Notes: generated by a model from the letters alone, not told the origin. 64,000 bases of DNA from Candidatus Oxydemutatoraceae bacterium (GCA_965220085.1 CBDCOZ010000003.1:352001-416000), one strand, 5' to 3'. Shown: positions 48,434 to 59,725, counted from the stretch's first letter. Numbers and translations: made by a program.

Positions 48434-50255
48434 AATTGGCAGAGTTATATCTGTCGATGGTCGTCTTGTAAAAGTAAAAGTTGATAAAACAAAAAACACT
48501 TCTCACTTACTCTACAAAGGCGAGCTACTAAAAAATATCTCTGTTGGCGGCTACATAAAAATAGTGAAAGGATTTGCAAAAATTATCGGGAAAGTTGAGG
48601 GAGAATCTATCCACGAGGAGAAAGGAGTTTCTAACAAAGAATATACCAGTGACAAGCAAAAGATAAGTCGTGTATTGGATGTAAGCCTGCTCGGTTTTTT
48701 TGGCGAGAAAGGTTTTGAGAAAGGAATAAAAGAGTTGCCGTTGTTAGACAATGAGTGTTTTTTGTTAGAAAACGAAGAATTTAGCGAGGTGTACCATTTT
48801 GTCAAAAAGGGAGACGAACCAATAACTATCGGCACGCTATCTCTTGAAAAAGGGCAGGAAATCAAAATCGGAATCAATAGCTTGTTTGCAAGTCACATTG
48901 GTATATTTGGAAATACTGGAAGTGGAAAATCTTACACGCTTGCAAAAATTTATCGTGAGCTATTTAAGAAATATGAGAACGGAGAGAACTTTAAAAGCAA
49001 CGGAATGTTTTTGCTATTTGATTTTAACGGAGAATACGCTGATGAAAAATGTATTGTAGAGGGAAAGAAGATTTACAATCTCACCACAAGAAAAGAACTT
49101 CAAGATATAAATAATGATGAAAAATTTCCACTAAACGAAAATGACTTAATAGACATTGAACTTATTTCTATTTTGGCAAACGCAACTGAGAAAACACAAC
49201 GACCATTTTTATCTCGTTCGTTGGAATTTTACAAGAGAGTAAATATTGAGGATGATACCTTAGGTTTTTTCAAAAACATTTTGAGAAAGCGTATAAAAGA
49301 AGTCTTGAAAATGACCGACAAAGATAAGGTATATATCTTAATTGACTACTTAAAAAACATATTGGAAACTCCCAAATTAGATATAAGTGAACAATTATTT
49401 GCACGAATTGAGTGGAATAACACACATCATCATTTTATGCCCAGAAACGGGCAAAGTAGAGAGTTGAGCGATGTCGAAATAGAAGATACGGTTTTGTATA
49501 CTTCTGCTGATAGTTACCAGTTTCCACAAAATGTCTTAACAAAAGTTATTCATTTCCTGTACTTGCAGTTGGTTTTTGATGTTTATAACGATAAGGCCAA
49601 AAACGAGCATATTGCTCCTGCGATCAACAAGCTAAGAAGCAAGAGAAAAGATATTGAAAAAGTATTAGATACGAACAGTGCGCAACATGACTTTTTTAAT
49701 GAAAGTAATTTTGTAGTTTTAAATTTGAAAGATGTAAATCTTGAAATGAAAAAAACGCTTCCTCTTTTGCTCTCAAAAAAAGTCTACACGGAACATAAAC
49801 ACAGACATAATCAAGATGAGAAAAAATTTCTCAATATTATCGTTGATGAAGCGCACAATATTTTGTCAAAAGAATCTTTCCGCGAAGCGGAAAGTTGGAA
49901 AGACTATCGTTTAGAGACATTTGAAGAAGTAATCAAAGAAGGTCGCAAATTTGGAGTATTTTTGACTATAGCGAGCCAACGTCCACATGACATTTCTGCG
50001 ACTATCATTTCTCAACTACACAATTATTTCTTGCACAGATTGATAAATAATCACGATATCACTGCCGTTGAAAGAACTATTGCTTATCTTGATAGGTTGT
50101 CTGTTGAATATTTGTCTATACTACCAACAGGTACATGCGTACTTGCTGGACTGCTTGCACAAGTGCCAGTAGTTGTTGATATTGGAAAAATTGAACCTAA
50201 AGAGCATGAACCAGACAACAAAACAATTGACTTGGTTAAAAACTGGAAGGGTTAA
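48396..50255 (+). CDS. HerA-like ATPase (Sir2-HerA defence system)
   Basis: N-terminal HAS barrel, Walker A GNTGSGKS, Walker B IIVDEAH, KEGRKFG, SQRP. Confidence 0.92.
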   Translation: MNDKQTLKDSIFKIGRVISVDGRLVKVKVDKTKNTSHLLYKGELLKNISVGGYIKIVKGFAKIIGKVEGESIHEEKGVSNKEYTSDKQKISRVLDVSLLGFFGEKGFEKGIKELPLLDNECFLLENEEFSEVYHFVKKGDEPITIGTLSLEKGQEIKIGINSLFASHIGIFGNTGSGKSYTLAKIYRELFKKYENGENFKSNGMFLLFDFNGEYADEKCIVEGKKIYNLTTRKELQDINNDEKFPLNENDLIDIELISILANATEKTQRPFLSRSLEFYKRVNIEDDTLGFFKNILRKRIKEVLKMTDKDKVYILIDYLKNILETPKLDISEQLFARIEWNNTHHHFMPRNGQSRELSDVEIEDTVLYTSADSYQFPQNVLTKVIHFLYLQLVFDVYNDKAKNEHIAPAINKLRSKRKDIEKVLDTNSAQHDFFNESNFVVLNLKDVNLEMKKTLPLLLSKKVYTEHKHRHNQDEKKFLNIIVDEAHNILSKESFREAESWKDYRLETFEEVIKEGRKFGVFLTIASQRPHDISATIISQLHNYFLHRLINNHDITAVERTIAYLDRLSVEYLSILPTGTCVLAGLLAQVPVVVDIGKIEPKEHEPDNKTIDLVKNWKG

Positions 50256-50431
50256 AGGGGTTCCGCTTGCGCGCACATGGGCGGGTTTCGGCAATCGCAG
50301 TATGGTTTGCTTATGCCATTAATCCGAACTTTGTTCAAAAAACATCGCCAACTTTCAATTTTGGCATAATTATGTCGGTCAATAATCTATTACCAGAATA
50401 GCCATAATCAAAGCAGATTTTTAAAAGGAAT

Positions 50432-50604
50432 ATCTTGACAGAACCATCTGTGGAAATATTGTTGATGTTATGAGAAAAATGCTGGATGGTTCGGTAGATT
50501 TGATTGTTACCTCACCGCTATCCAACCTCAAAAACTCAACTGGCAATGGCATGAAAGACAGTCGCGGAGGCAAGTAGCCCAATGCCGCACTTCAAAACGG
50601 ATAG
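50432..50604 (+). pseudogene. Remnant N-terminus of another DNA methyltransferase
   Basis: Manual translation TICGNIVDVMRKMLDGSVDLIVTSPLSNLKNSTGNGMKDSRGGK*PNAALQNG*; degenerate SPPY motif and premature stops. Confidence 0.7.
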
Positions 50605-50617
50605 TATTACTTTACCG

Positions 50618-51130
50618 CTACCAGCGGGCTTTGTCCCACATTTCGGGGTTGCTCCAGAAGCGGCTGTTGAGCCAGTCGGGGACATCTTTGTAGTTAAAGA
50701 TATCAAAGTAATATAGGTGCTCCCCGTTGTCCTGTGGTTGGCCGGAGCTTGTCTGTAGTCGTTTGAATCCGAGTGCGCGAATATGCGCGTCGTCATCAAA
50801 TGCCGTTTGGGGGTCTGCTATTTTGTTGCGGCAGAGGTAGACCCTTTCGCACAGGCTGTCGCGCATCTGTGATACCAGTTGGTTATACGAACGATTGTCC
50901 GCCTCTTCGTCCAGACAGATGATGCCGATTGCAAACCGCCCCGCATCGCTGTTTTGTCGCACTTCTTGCAGTGTATCGCTGATGGTCAGGTGAACGCCGT
51001 CAAGCGCTTCCAGTTCGCGGTTGAAGTCGTGGCAGGCGCTGAGGACGAGGATGTTGCCGCCTTGTTTTTCTTTGACAACCTTTAGCAAGTGGTCCCGTAG
51101 CGAGCGGGTGGGGAATGTATCCGCAGTCAT
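50618..51130 (-). CDS. Conserved hypothetical protein (DUF6231-like)
   Basis: C-terminal FDIFNYK.VPDWLNSRFWSNPEMWDK.RW pattern. Confidence 0.75.
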   Translation of the reverse strand: MTADTFPTRSLRDHLLKVVKEKQGGNILVLSACHDFNRELEALDGVHLTISDTLQEVRQNSDAGRFAIGIICLDEEADNRSYNQLVSQMRDSLCERVYLCRNKIADPQTAFDDDAHIRALGFKRLQTSSGQPQDNGEHLYYFDIFNYKDVPDWLNSRFWSNPEMWDKARW

Positions 51131-51133
51131 TGC

Positions 51134-52234
51134 TTACAATGCCGGCAAGTGGTTTCGGGTGACGGTCTTGCGCCAGCCGCTGTTGAGCAGTTCGTGTATT
51201 TCTGCATCGCTCTTTAATACCAATCGCGTGATTTGTTTGCGGTTTGTAATCAGCGAGGCGGCGATGTTGTGTTCTTCCGCCGATTTTCTGATAGCGCTGA
51301 GTATCTTTTCTACCTGATTTTTCTGTTGCTGGCTCGGCCCGGTCTTTTTCACTTCGCTGCCGTCGTCGCTGATACCGCCGAGGATGTTTGCTATCTCTTT
51401 GCTCCATTCTCGTATGTGTCGGGCGGGGCAGGTCTTGATGGTTTTTTCTATCTGCGATAGCGACAGCTCGCGTTGCGCCAGTTTGATCAGCGTGTTGTCG
51501 GGCAATAGCCAGCGACGGGGTTTGTCCAATTGCCGGGCTTTGTGTTCGCGCCATACGGCGAGCGCTCGCAGTTTGTCGTGTTCGGCGGCGCGGGTGAGCG
51601 GGCCGCTGCCGGACACTTTGATCGACATGGCATCGGGGGGTTGTGCGAGCGTATGTCTGGTTTTTTGCAGGATTCTTTCGCTTTCCTCGCGAAACCAACT
51701 CAGCTTGTTTTCCCGTGCCAAGCTATCGCGCAGTATGTGATGCGCTTTGAGCAGGTGGATGACATCGTTGGCGGCATATTCTTGCTGCTTTGACGACAGC
51801 GGACGCCGCAGCCAGTCGGAACGCGCGCAATCTTTTTCAAGATGGATGTTGAGACATTCTTTGATCAGAGCCTTGTAGCTGATCTGCGCTCCCATGCCGA
51901 GAAAGGCGGCGGCGATCTGTGTGTCAAAGGTCGGCAATTCCACCGTGCAGCCGAGGCGATCCAATATGTGATGGTCTTGGTCGGCGGCGTGTATGACTTT
52001 GGTAATCTTCTTGTTACCGAGCAGTTGGCACAGGGGGCCGTAGTCGGAGATGGCGGTGAGGTCGATGAGGAAGACGTCGTTTTCAATCGCAATCTGTGCC
52101 AGCGACAGCGCCGGGTAGTATGTGCGTTCGCGCACACATTCGGTGTCGATTGCGAAGGCGGCTTTTTTGTCTATGGCGGAGCATATGTTTGCGAGCGCTT
52201 GTGTGTCGTCAATCCACAGAAATGGTTTTGTCAT
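51134..52234 (-). CDS. rnd: Ribonuclease D
   Basis: AIDTE..RERTYYP.L.L.QI, FDTQIAA, SDW..RPL, YAANDV, HRDC region. Confidence 0.95.
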   Translation of the reverse strand: MTKPFLWIDDTQALANICSAIDKKAAFAIDTECVRERTYYPALSLAQIAIENDVFLIDLTAISDYGPLCQLLGNKKITKVIHAADQDHHILDRLGCTVELPTFDTQIAAAFLGMGAQISYKALIKECLNIHLEKDCARSDWLRRPLSSKQQEYAANDVIHLLKAHHILRDSLARENKLSWFREESERILQKTRHTLAQPPDAMSIKVSGSGPLTRAAEHDKLRALAVWREHKARQLDKPRRWLLPDNTLIKLAQRELSLSQIEKTIKTCPARHIREWSKEIANILGGISDDGSEVKKTGPSQQQKNQVEKILSAIRKSAEEHNIAASLITNRKQITRLVLKSDAEIHELLNSGWRKTVTRNHLPAL

Positions 52235-52429
52235 CTGTCTTTCCTTGGTAACCGCCGGTCTTTGTCAGTGTTGTATATGATACAAGAAGGGATGCGATTT
52301 TGTATGGCACGGGTCGGGATAGGACGGGATATTCGCGGCATTTTCGCTGCGGCTGTTTGCGGGTTTGCCCCGCTTGCATACCGATTGCATATAGAATGGC
52401 GGGTACGGTAATTGAGCGGAGCAAAGCGT

Positions 52430-52816
52430 ATGAACAAGCGAGACGACAAGTTCTGGAAAGAAAAACTTTCTCCGGAGCAATACAGGGTGACCCGGGAAAA
52501 GGGAACAGAAGCGCCTTTTTCAGGTGCTTATTACAAGCTGAGCAGCGCGGGGGAATATCACTGTATTTGCTGCGATGAGAAACTTTTTTCCTCTGCTGAA
52601 AAGTATGATTCGGGAACAGGCTGGCCCAGTTTCTGGGCGAGCGTTGGCGATATTGATTGCAAGGAAGACTGCTCCCTTTTCATGAAAAGAACCGAGGTGC
52701 TTTGTAAAAACTGCGGGGCGCATCTGGGGCATGTCTTTGATGACGGCCCCGAACCTACGGGGAAAAGATATTGCATCAACTCTTGTGCTCTGAACTTCAG
52801 AGGGAAGGTCGAATAA
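52430..52816 (+). CDS. msrB: Peptide-methionine (R)-S-oxide reductase
   Basis: [30 protein letters not shown]. Confidence 0.97.
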   Translation: MNKRDDKFWKEKLSPEQYRVTREKGTEAPFSGAYYKLSSAGEYHCICCDEKLFSSAEKYDSGTGWPSFWASVGDIDCKEDCSLFMKRTEVLCKNCGAHLGHVFDDGPEPTGKRYCINSCALNFRGKVE

Positions 52817-52850
52817 ATTTTTATTTTCCTGCAAAATAGATGAGATACTC

Positions 52851-54125
52851 ATGGCGTTTTCGTTGAAATCACCACCTTTGTTTCGCGGCTGGTCAAAGTC
52901 ATCGCTGTCTTGGGCTGTTTATGACTGGGGCAATTCGGCGTTTGCAACGGTTGTTCTTTCCGGTATTTTCCCGATTTTTTATCGTGACCAGTGGGCGCAG
53001 GATATGTCCGAGGGGGATATCAGCCTTTCGCTTGGGTTGATTAATTCCGCATCGGGTTTGTTGCTAATGCTGTGCGCGCCGTTGCTCGGTGCGATTGCCG
53101 ATGCTTCGCATATTAAAAAGCCGTTGGTGGTTATTTGTGCGGTACTCGGTGCGGTACTCACGGCTTTATTTGCATTCGTTCCGTCGGGTGAATGGCAGTT
53201 TGCCGCTGTCTGTTATGTGCTGGCGGTGTTTTTCTTTATGGCCGGCAATATTTCTTATGATGCGCTATTGGTTGATGTCTGTGCCCCGCGCGATTACGAG
53301 CGGGTGTCGGCGGCGGGTTTTGCGATCGGTTATCTTGGCGGCGGTGTGTTATTGGCCTTTATTGTCTGGATGATTTTGAACGCATCATCGTTTGCTACGA
53401 GTGAGTACGACATGATGCGCATAGGCTTTATTCTGGTCGGTTGCTGGTGGGTCATATTCACCTGGCCGCTGTTTCGTTACGTGCGTGAGAAGCGCAAAGA
53501 CAGGGGTAACATTCGTCAGGGGATAAGACGGTTTATGGAGACGATTCGTCTGGTGCGCGCTTATCCGGTTGCCGGTTGGTTCCTGCTTGCATACTGGTTG
53601 TATATAGATGCGGTGGATACGGTAATCAGGATGGCGGTGAACTATGGGCAGGTCATCGGCTTTACGTCAACCGACTTGATTGCGGCGCTTTTGCTGGTGC
53701 AGTTCGTCGGTTTTCCCGCGACATTGGTTTATGGGCGGTTGGCCGAGCGTTTTGGCAGCGGTCCGCTTATCGTCGCCGGCGTATTGGGTTATGTCGTCGT
53801 TTGTTTGTGGGGGGCGGTGATTGATTCGCTGTTGGATTTTTACCTGTTGGCGGTGCTGGTTGCTTTGTTGCAGGGCGGTTTACAGGCGCAGAGCCGCGCT
53901 TTCTATGCGCACTTGATTCCGGCACAAAACGCCGGGCAGTTCTTCGGTTTGTATAACTTGCTGGGCCGTTTTGCGGTGGTTATAGGGCCGCTGATACTGG
54001 GCGTGGTCGGCAGTGTCAGTGGTGATCTGCGGATCGGGTTGGCCTCGGTCAGCGTGTTGTTAGTTCTCGGCCTGATTGTTTTCTGGTTGCGGGTATTGCC
54101 GCATGTGTCCGGGCGTTCCGCTTAA
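52851..54125 (+). CDS. MFS transporter (UMF1/Atg22-like)
   Basis: WAVYDWGNSAF, GAIAD, YDALL, GYLGG, FFGLY; many TM segments. Confidence 0.9.
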   Translation: MAFSLKSPPLFRGWSKSSLSWAVYDWGNSAFATVVLSGIFPIFYRDQWAQDMSEGDISLSLGLINSASGLLLMLCAPLLGAIADASHIKKPLVVICAVLGAVLTALFAFVPSGEWQFAAVCYVLAVFFFMAGNISYDALLVDVCAPRDYERVSAAGFAIGYLGGGVLLAFIVWMILNASSFATSEYDMMRIGFILVGCWWVIFTWPLFRYVREKRKDRGNIRQGIRRFMETIRLVRAYPVAGWFLLAYWLYIDAVDTVIRMAVNYGQVIGFTSTDLIAALLLVQFVGFPATLVYGRLAERFGSGPLIVAGVLGYVVVCLWGAVIDSLLDFYLLAVLVALLQGGLQAQSRAFYAHLIPAQNAGQFFGLYNLLGRFAVVIGPLILGVVGSVSGDLRIGLASVSVLLVLGLIVFWLRVLPHVSGRSA

Positions 54126-54781
54126 TTGTCTGTCGTTGCGGGTAGCGGTTGGAGCGCGCCGGCATCGGATAAATAGTATCGCTGTCCCTGCTCTAATTCT
54201 CCGGCACAAAACAATGCGACGACCGCAGGGTAGAGTTTATGTTCCTGTGACAATACCCGTGCCGCGAGCTCGGCGCAGGTGTCTTTGCCGGGGAATACTT
54301 TCACTTTGGCTTGGGCAATGAGCGGACCGGCATCGAGTTCGGCGGTGACGAAGTGGATGCTGCAACCGTGTTCGGTCGCACCGGCGTCAAGGACTCTTTG
54401 ATGCGTGTTGAGGCCGCGGTATGCGGGTAGCAAGGATGGGTGGATGTTCATAATCGGACACCGCATGCGGGCAACGAAGGTCGCACTCAATATGTGCATG
54501 AAGCCGGCGAGAACGATGAGGTCGGGTTTGGCGGCGGTAATCCTGTCGGCTAGCGCGGCTTCAAAGGATTGTTTGTCCGCATAGGTATTGATGTCAACGG
54601 TATCGGTCGGGACACCGCGTGCGGCTGCTTTTTTGCCGCCTTCGGTGTCACTGCGGTTGCTGATGACCAGCGTAATCTCTCCTGCGATGCGCCCGTCTTC
54701 CATTGCGTCCAACAGGGCGAGCATATTGCTGCCACGCCCCGATATCAGTGCGACGATGCGTTTGGGTCGGTCAGTCGGCAT
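54122..54781 (-). CDS. purN: Phosphoribosylglycinamide formyltransferase
   Basis: LISGRGSN, LAGFM, NIHPSLLP, LDAGP, EH. Confidence 0.96.
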   Translation of the reverse strand: MPTDRPKRIVALISGRGSNMLALLDAMEDGRIAGEITLVISNRSDTEGGKKAAARGVPTDTVDINTYADKQSFEAALADRITAAKPDLIVLAGFMHILSATFVARMRCPIMNIHPSLLPAYRGLNTHQRVLDAGATEHGCSIHFVTAELDAGPLIAQAKVKVFPGKDTCAELAARVLSQEHKLYPAVVALFCAGELEQGQRYYLSDAGALQPLPATTDN

Positions 54782-54791
54782 GCAAACTCGT

Positions 54792-55835
54792 TTATCGGTA
54801 CACCACGCAAGGTTCGTCTTTGTCGTGCCGTCGTATCTCGCCGATTTTCCGTGCGTCAAGCTTTTGTTTTGCGAGGTGTCGGATGATCATGTCGCTTTGC
54901 TCTGCCGCGGCGACTATGCACATGCCGATGCCGCAGTTAAAGACTTTGAGCATTTCCATGTCTTCGACATTTGCTTGTTGCTGAATCCAGTCAAAGATGT
55001 CGGGTCGTTGCCACGCTTGTGTGTCAATCTGCGCACAGTGTCCGGCGGGGAGAACCCGCGGCAGGTTTTCGGTGATGCCGCCGCCGGTGATGTGTGCGAG
55101 GGCGCGAACACGCCGTTGCTCAATTAGCGGCAGTATCTGCCGCACATAGATTTTGGTCTGTGTCAGCAGTGTCTCGCCCAGAGTCTTGCCGTCAAAAGGC
55201 GTATTGAGATTGACCCGGTTAGTGTTGATGATGTGATTGATCAACGAGAAGCCATTGGAGTGCACACCGCTTGAAGCGACGCCGATGACAATGTCGCCTG
55301 CGCTGACATTTGCCGGTAGCAATGCATCTTTTTCCGCAAGGCCGATGGCAAAGCCCGCGAGGTCGTAGTTGCCGGGTTGGTAGCAGCCCGGCATCTCCGC
55401 GGTCTCGCCTCCGATGAGACCCGCGCCCGCCTCGCGACAAGCGCGCGCGATGCCGGCGATGACAGCGCAGGCCTGTTTGGCGTCCAGTTTGTCGCACGAG
55501 TAATAGTCAAGGAAAGCGACGGGTTTGCCGCCGTGCGCCAGAATGTCGTTGACACACATGGCGACCAGATCGGCGCCGATGGTGTCGTAACGCCCGAGCA
55601 CTTTTGTCAGGTGCAACTTGGTGCCGACGCCGTCGGTTGCGCCGAGCATAACCGGGTTGCGGTAGTCGTTGCTCGGCAATTCAAACAGCCCGGCGAAACC
55701 GCCGCGGTTTTTGATGATATTGGGGTGGGATGCCCGCTCGCATACGGGCTTGATTGCCTCCATGAGGGTGTTCGCTGCGGCGATGTCAACCCCCGCATCT
55801 TGATATGTCGTGTGCTGCGCTTTTTTATCCAGCAT
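54792..55835 (-). CDS. purM: AIR synthetase
   Basis: Y..AGVDI, TDGVGTK, GGETAEMPG, HSNGFS, HITGGG, FNCGIG. Confidence 0.97.
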   Translation of the reverse strand: MLDKKAQHTTYQDAGVDIAAANTLMEAIKPVCERASHPNIIKNRGGFAGLFELPSNDYRNPVMLGATDGVGTKLHLTKVLGRYDTIGADLVAMCVNDILAHGGKPVAFLDYYSCDKLDAKQACAVIAGIARACREAGAGLIGGETAEMPGCYQPGNYDLAGFAIGLAEKDALLPANVSAGDIVIGVASSGVHSNGFSLINHIINTNRVNLNTPFDGKTLGETLLTQTKIYVRQILPLIEQRRVRALAHITGGGITENLPRVLPAGHCAQIDTQAWQRPDIFDWIQQQANVEDMEMLKVFNCGIGMCIVAAAEQSDMIIRHLAKQKLDARKIGEIRRHDKDEPCVVYR

Positions 55836-55940
55836 GGATATAATGAATAGGTCAAATTGGATTATATGACTATTTTACACGGTACCGCTTTAATTTGTCG
55901 TCATTGAGGGATGCTATTTAAGTTTGGGCGCCGGTTTGTG

Positions 55941-56504
55941 ATGAAGAAACAAAATATTCCCAACATAATCACAGGGTTTCGTCTTATCTTTACCCCCGTA
56001 TTGCTATGGTGCATCGTCGCCGAGGACTTCGCCGCCGCCTTTGTGTTGGCGTGTCTTATGTCTCTGTCGGATGCTGTCGATGGTTGGTTGGCCAAGGGTT
56101 GCGGCTGGGAAACTCGTTTTGGCCGATTCTTTGATCCGCTGGCCGATAAGGTGATGGTGGTCAGCAGCTTTATCGTTTTGGGCGTGTCGGGTCTTTTGCC
56201 GCTTTGGTTAGTCGTGATCGTGGCGGCGAGCAGCATCGCCCTCGTTGCGGGCGGCGCGGTTTTTTATTTCCGGTTTCGTGACTTGTACATGAAACCGCCC
56301 AAGATCAGCAAGATCAACACGCTGCTTCAGTTGTTGTTGATTATATTGATACTTTTTGCTCGCTCCGGCTTTAGCGCAGAGCCTTCGATCGTGTTGTCGG
56401 CGGCGGATTGGCTGGTTTATGTGGTTTTTGTCACTACCATGTTGAGTTTTCTGGTATATCTTTTCACCTGGCAAAAATGTCGCGCACACCTCAAGTCGCG
56501 GTAG
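55941..56504 (+). CDS. CDP-alcohol phosphatidyltransferase
   Basis: NIPNIIT..R; DAVDGWLAK...G.FFDPLADK. Confidence 0.92.
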   Translation: MKKQNIPNIITGFRLIFTPVLLWCIVAEDFAAAFVLACLMSLSDAVDGWLAKGCGWETRFGRFFDPLADKVMVVSSFIVLGVSGLLPLWLVVIVAASSIALVAGGAVFYFRFRDLYMKPPKISKINTLLQLLLIILILFARSGFSAEPSIVLSAADWLVYVVFVTTMLSFLVYLFTWQKCRAHLKSR

Positions 56505-57570
56505 GGAGTATTGTGAAAGCAAATCAAACCTTCCCTGTCGCCGCGTTGCTGGTTTTTGTCGTATTGCTGGCATTGTTGCATTGGCTGACTACCACTGTCA
56601 GTATATCGTTCATTTTGGGTTTCCTGCTCGCATACCTGTGTTTGCCGTTGGTCAATCGCCTGACCCGTAGCGGTTGCAATCCGAGTCTGGCATCTTTTCT
56701 GGTTCTGCTGGCGGTCGTTACGTGCTGGCGGTCGTTACGGTTATCGCGCTTATTATGCTGTTGCCATTGCCGTTAGTTGAGCGGCAGCTCGGTTGGTTGC
56801 TGATACGCTTGCCGTCTATCTTGCAGACATTGGAAGACTGGCTTAATCCGGTGTTGCAATTATTTGAACAACAGCAGTCCGGAATTGGCGAGATGCTGTT
56901 TGCGAACTGGCAAGATGCGGGGCAGTTTGCGCGCATCACTCTCGGCTGGTTGCTCGAGTCGGGTGGCACGCTGGCCGGCTTTGTTGTCGTTTTGTTCCTG
57001 ACCCCGTTGCTGATGTTCTATTTGATGCGTGATTGGGACCGTGTGTTTGCCGGTTTGTATCGGCTATTGCCGGGGCGGATTGCTCCTGCGGTGTCCGTCT
57101 GCGTATGTGAAGCCGACCGTGTGCTGGGCACCTTTTTGCGCGGGCAGTTGCTGGTAATCGTGTTGCTGGGTGCTCTTTACAGTATCGGTTTGTGGCTGGT
57201 GGGACTTGAGCTTGCATTGGTCATCGGCGTGTTTGCGGGCGTGTTCAGCTTAATCCCGTATCTCGGCACGGTGGTCGGTATCGTGCTGGCGTCGTTGGCA
57301 AGTTTTCTGCAAGGCGGAGATTGGTCGCAGTTCGGATATGTACTGTCCGTATTTGTTGTTGTGCAGTTGCTTGAGTCATTTGTTTTGGTTCCCTATCTGA
57401 TTGGCGACCGCCTCGGCTTGCATCCGCTGGCGGTGCTGTTTACATTGATCATAGGCGGCAGTTTGTTTGGTCTTGCGGGCGCTTTGTTCGCGCTTCCGGT
57501 ACTGGCCATAGTGGTGGCATTGATTCATCACGCATTGCAATCGCCTCCGGTAGCTGACCGGAACAATTGA
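56477..57570 (+). pseudogene. AI-2E family transporter (PerM-like), frameshifted by a 17 bp tandem duplication
   Basis: TGCTGGCGGTCGTTACG at 56706-56722 and 56723-56739; removing one copy fuses the two ORFs (LAYL..PLV..L; RGQ; IPYLG; GLHP). Confidence 0.88.
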
Positions 57571-58277
57571 TGGCAAGCAGACAATCCTTGATGAAGTTCG
57601 CCCCGGAGGCGGAGAACACCTTCAAGAACTTTGTTGAAGGGGGCAACGAAGAGACGGTCGGCTGTTTGCGTTTGTTGTGCGTCGATGACAATCCGGTCAA
57701 TCAGATTTATCTGTCGGGGGCGAGCGCCAGCGGCAAGAGCCATCTGTTGCAGGCCGTATGCCACTATGCGACGGAGGCAAAGCAACGCGCGATCTATTTG
57801 CCGATGCGACAGGTATCGGAGTACGGCGCCGATGTGCTCGGCGGTCTGGAGGCGATGGACGTGATCTGTATTGACGATGTGGATGCGCTGGCCGGGCGGA
57901 TGGCGTGGGAAGAGGCCTTGTTTAACCTGATTAACCGCATCCGCTCGGGGCGCGGATGTCTGCTGCTGGCGGCGGCCGATGTGCCGCGCAATGCGGGCTT
58001 TCAACTGGCCGATCTGTCTTCGCGTTTGGTCTGGGGCGGCGTATATCGTCTTGCGGCTTTGGCGGATGACGCCAAGGCGCGCGCGATTAAACTGCGTACG
58101 CGCACAAAGGGATATGAGCTTTCGGAAGAAGTGGTTGGCTGGTTGTTAGCGCATTGTTCGCGCGATATGAATTACCTGATCGATGCGACCGCAAAACTGG
58201 AGGAGGCGAGCCTGCTCAATCGCCGGCGTATTACGGTGCCGTTCGCCCGCTCTGTTCTCGGCGACGACAATTCCTAG
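57570..58277 (+). CDS. hda: DnaA regulatory inactivator Hda
   Basis: TFKNFV.G.N, SGKSHLLQA, CIDDV, WEEALFNL.N, DLSSRL.WG; purM/perM context. Confidence 0.93.
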   Translation: MASRQSLMKFAPEAENTFKNFVEGGNEETVGCLRLLCVDDNPVNQIYLSGASASGKSHLLQAVCHYATEAKQRAIYLPMRQVSEYGADVLGGLEAMDVICIDDVDALAGRMAWEEALFNLINRIRSGRGCLLLAAADVPRNAGFQLADLSSRLVWGGVYRLAALADDAKARAIKLRTRTKGYELSEEVVGWLLAHCSRDMNYLIDATAKLEEASLLNRRRITVPFARSVLGDDNS

Positions 58278-58630
58278 CGCGCGATAAACTTGATGCTCAA
58301 GGCGGAACCCGCAAACAGAGCGGCGCTGCCGAGTGTTTGCAACCAGCCGTAAACGCGGGCGCCTCCCGCGATATTGGCGATGCCAAGGGCGAGATAAACA
58401 AGCGCCAGCAGACACGCCGCATGATAGCTGTCCGACTTGTTGCGTAACAGGCCGCGCAGGATGAGCAGCAATGGCAGGCCGAGCGCGAGGAGGGCGAGCG
58501 CGCGAGGGTAAGCCTGCGGGGGCGCGATCCAGGAGTTCCAGACGGTTACGACCGCGATCAGGAATAAGTGAGATGTAAGCGCCAGCCACGAAGCGCGGCG
58601 AAACATGGGATGGATTGTTTTCTCCGCCAA
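58274..58630 (-). CDS. DUF2069-like membrane protein
   Basis: Four hydrophobic segments, LPLLL.LRGLL; downstream of wrbA. Confidence 0.75.
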   Translation of the reverse strand: MAEKTIHPMFRRASWLALTSHLFLIAVVTVWNSWIAPPQAYPRALALLALGLPLLLILRGLLRNKSDSYHAACLLALVYLALGIANIAGGARVYGWLQTLGSAALFAGSALSIKFIAR

Positions 58631-58634
58631 TGTT

Positions 58635-59267
<633 letters not shown>

Positions 59268-59321
59268 TTATACTTTGCATGCCGGAGCCGGGTTGCTACG
59301 CGCAAAACGCTATGACTGCTG

Positions 59322-59336
59322 TATCATATTATGATA
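59322..59336. promoter_or_regulatory. Perfect 7-1-7 palindrome in the divergent wrbA/fmdB intergenic region; candidate operator
   Basis: TATCATA-T-TATGATA. Confidence 0.35.
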
Positions 59337-59407
59337 TTGCATGCCGCAACAACGGCGATAAACCCGATATTATGACAAATATGATTAAGCAATGAACGGA
59401 GGATGTT

Positions 59408-59725
59408 ATGCCGATTTATGAGTATCAGTGCGATGCTTGCGGGCATCAGACGGAGGTCTTGCAGTCGGCTAACGAGCCTGCGCTGGAGAAGTGCCCCGCC
59501 TGCGGCGAGTTGCGGATGCGCAAATTAATATCGGCGGCGGGTTTCAGGTTGTCCGGCAGCGGCTGGTATGAGACCGATTTCAAATCCGCCAATAAGCGTA
59601 ATCTGTCCGGTGATGCGGCGGATACCAAGAAGTCCGACGCGGGTGAGAAATCCGGCGGCGAAAAGAAAGCCGATAAATCCGCCGCCGCGACAACGACGAA
59701 ATCCGCAAATGAAAAAACAACATAG
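59408..59725 (+). CDS. FmdB family zinc ribbon protein
   Basis: MPIYEYQCDACG...CPACG...F.LSGSGWYETDF. Confidence 0.93.
   Translation: MPIYEYQCDACGHQTEVLQSANEPALEKCPACGELRMRKLISAAGFRLSGSGWYETDFKSANKRNLSGDAADTKKSDAGEKSGGEKKADKSAAATTTKSANEKTT

Larger units (their letters stand above)
42543..50617. mobile_element. AT-rich defence island at the tRNA-Ser 3' end (no integrase seen)
   Basis: Visible drop in GC; R-M genes, Sir2-HerA and several gene fragments. Confidence 0.8.
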
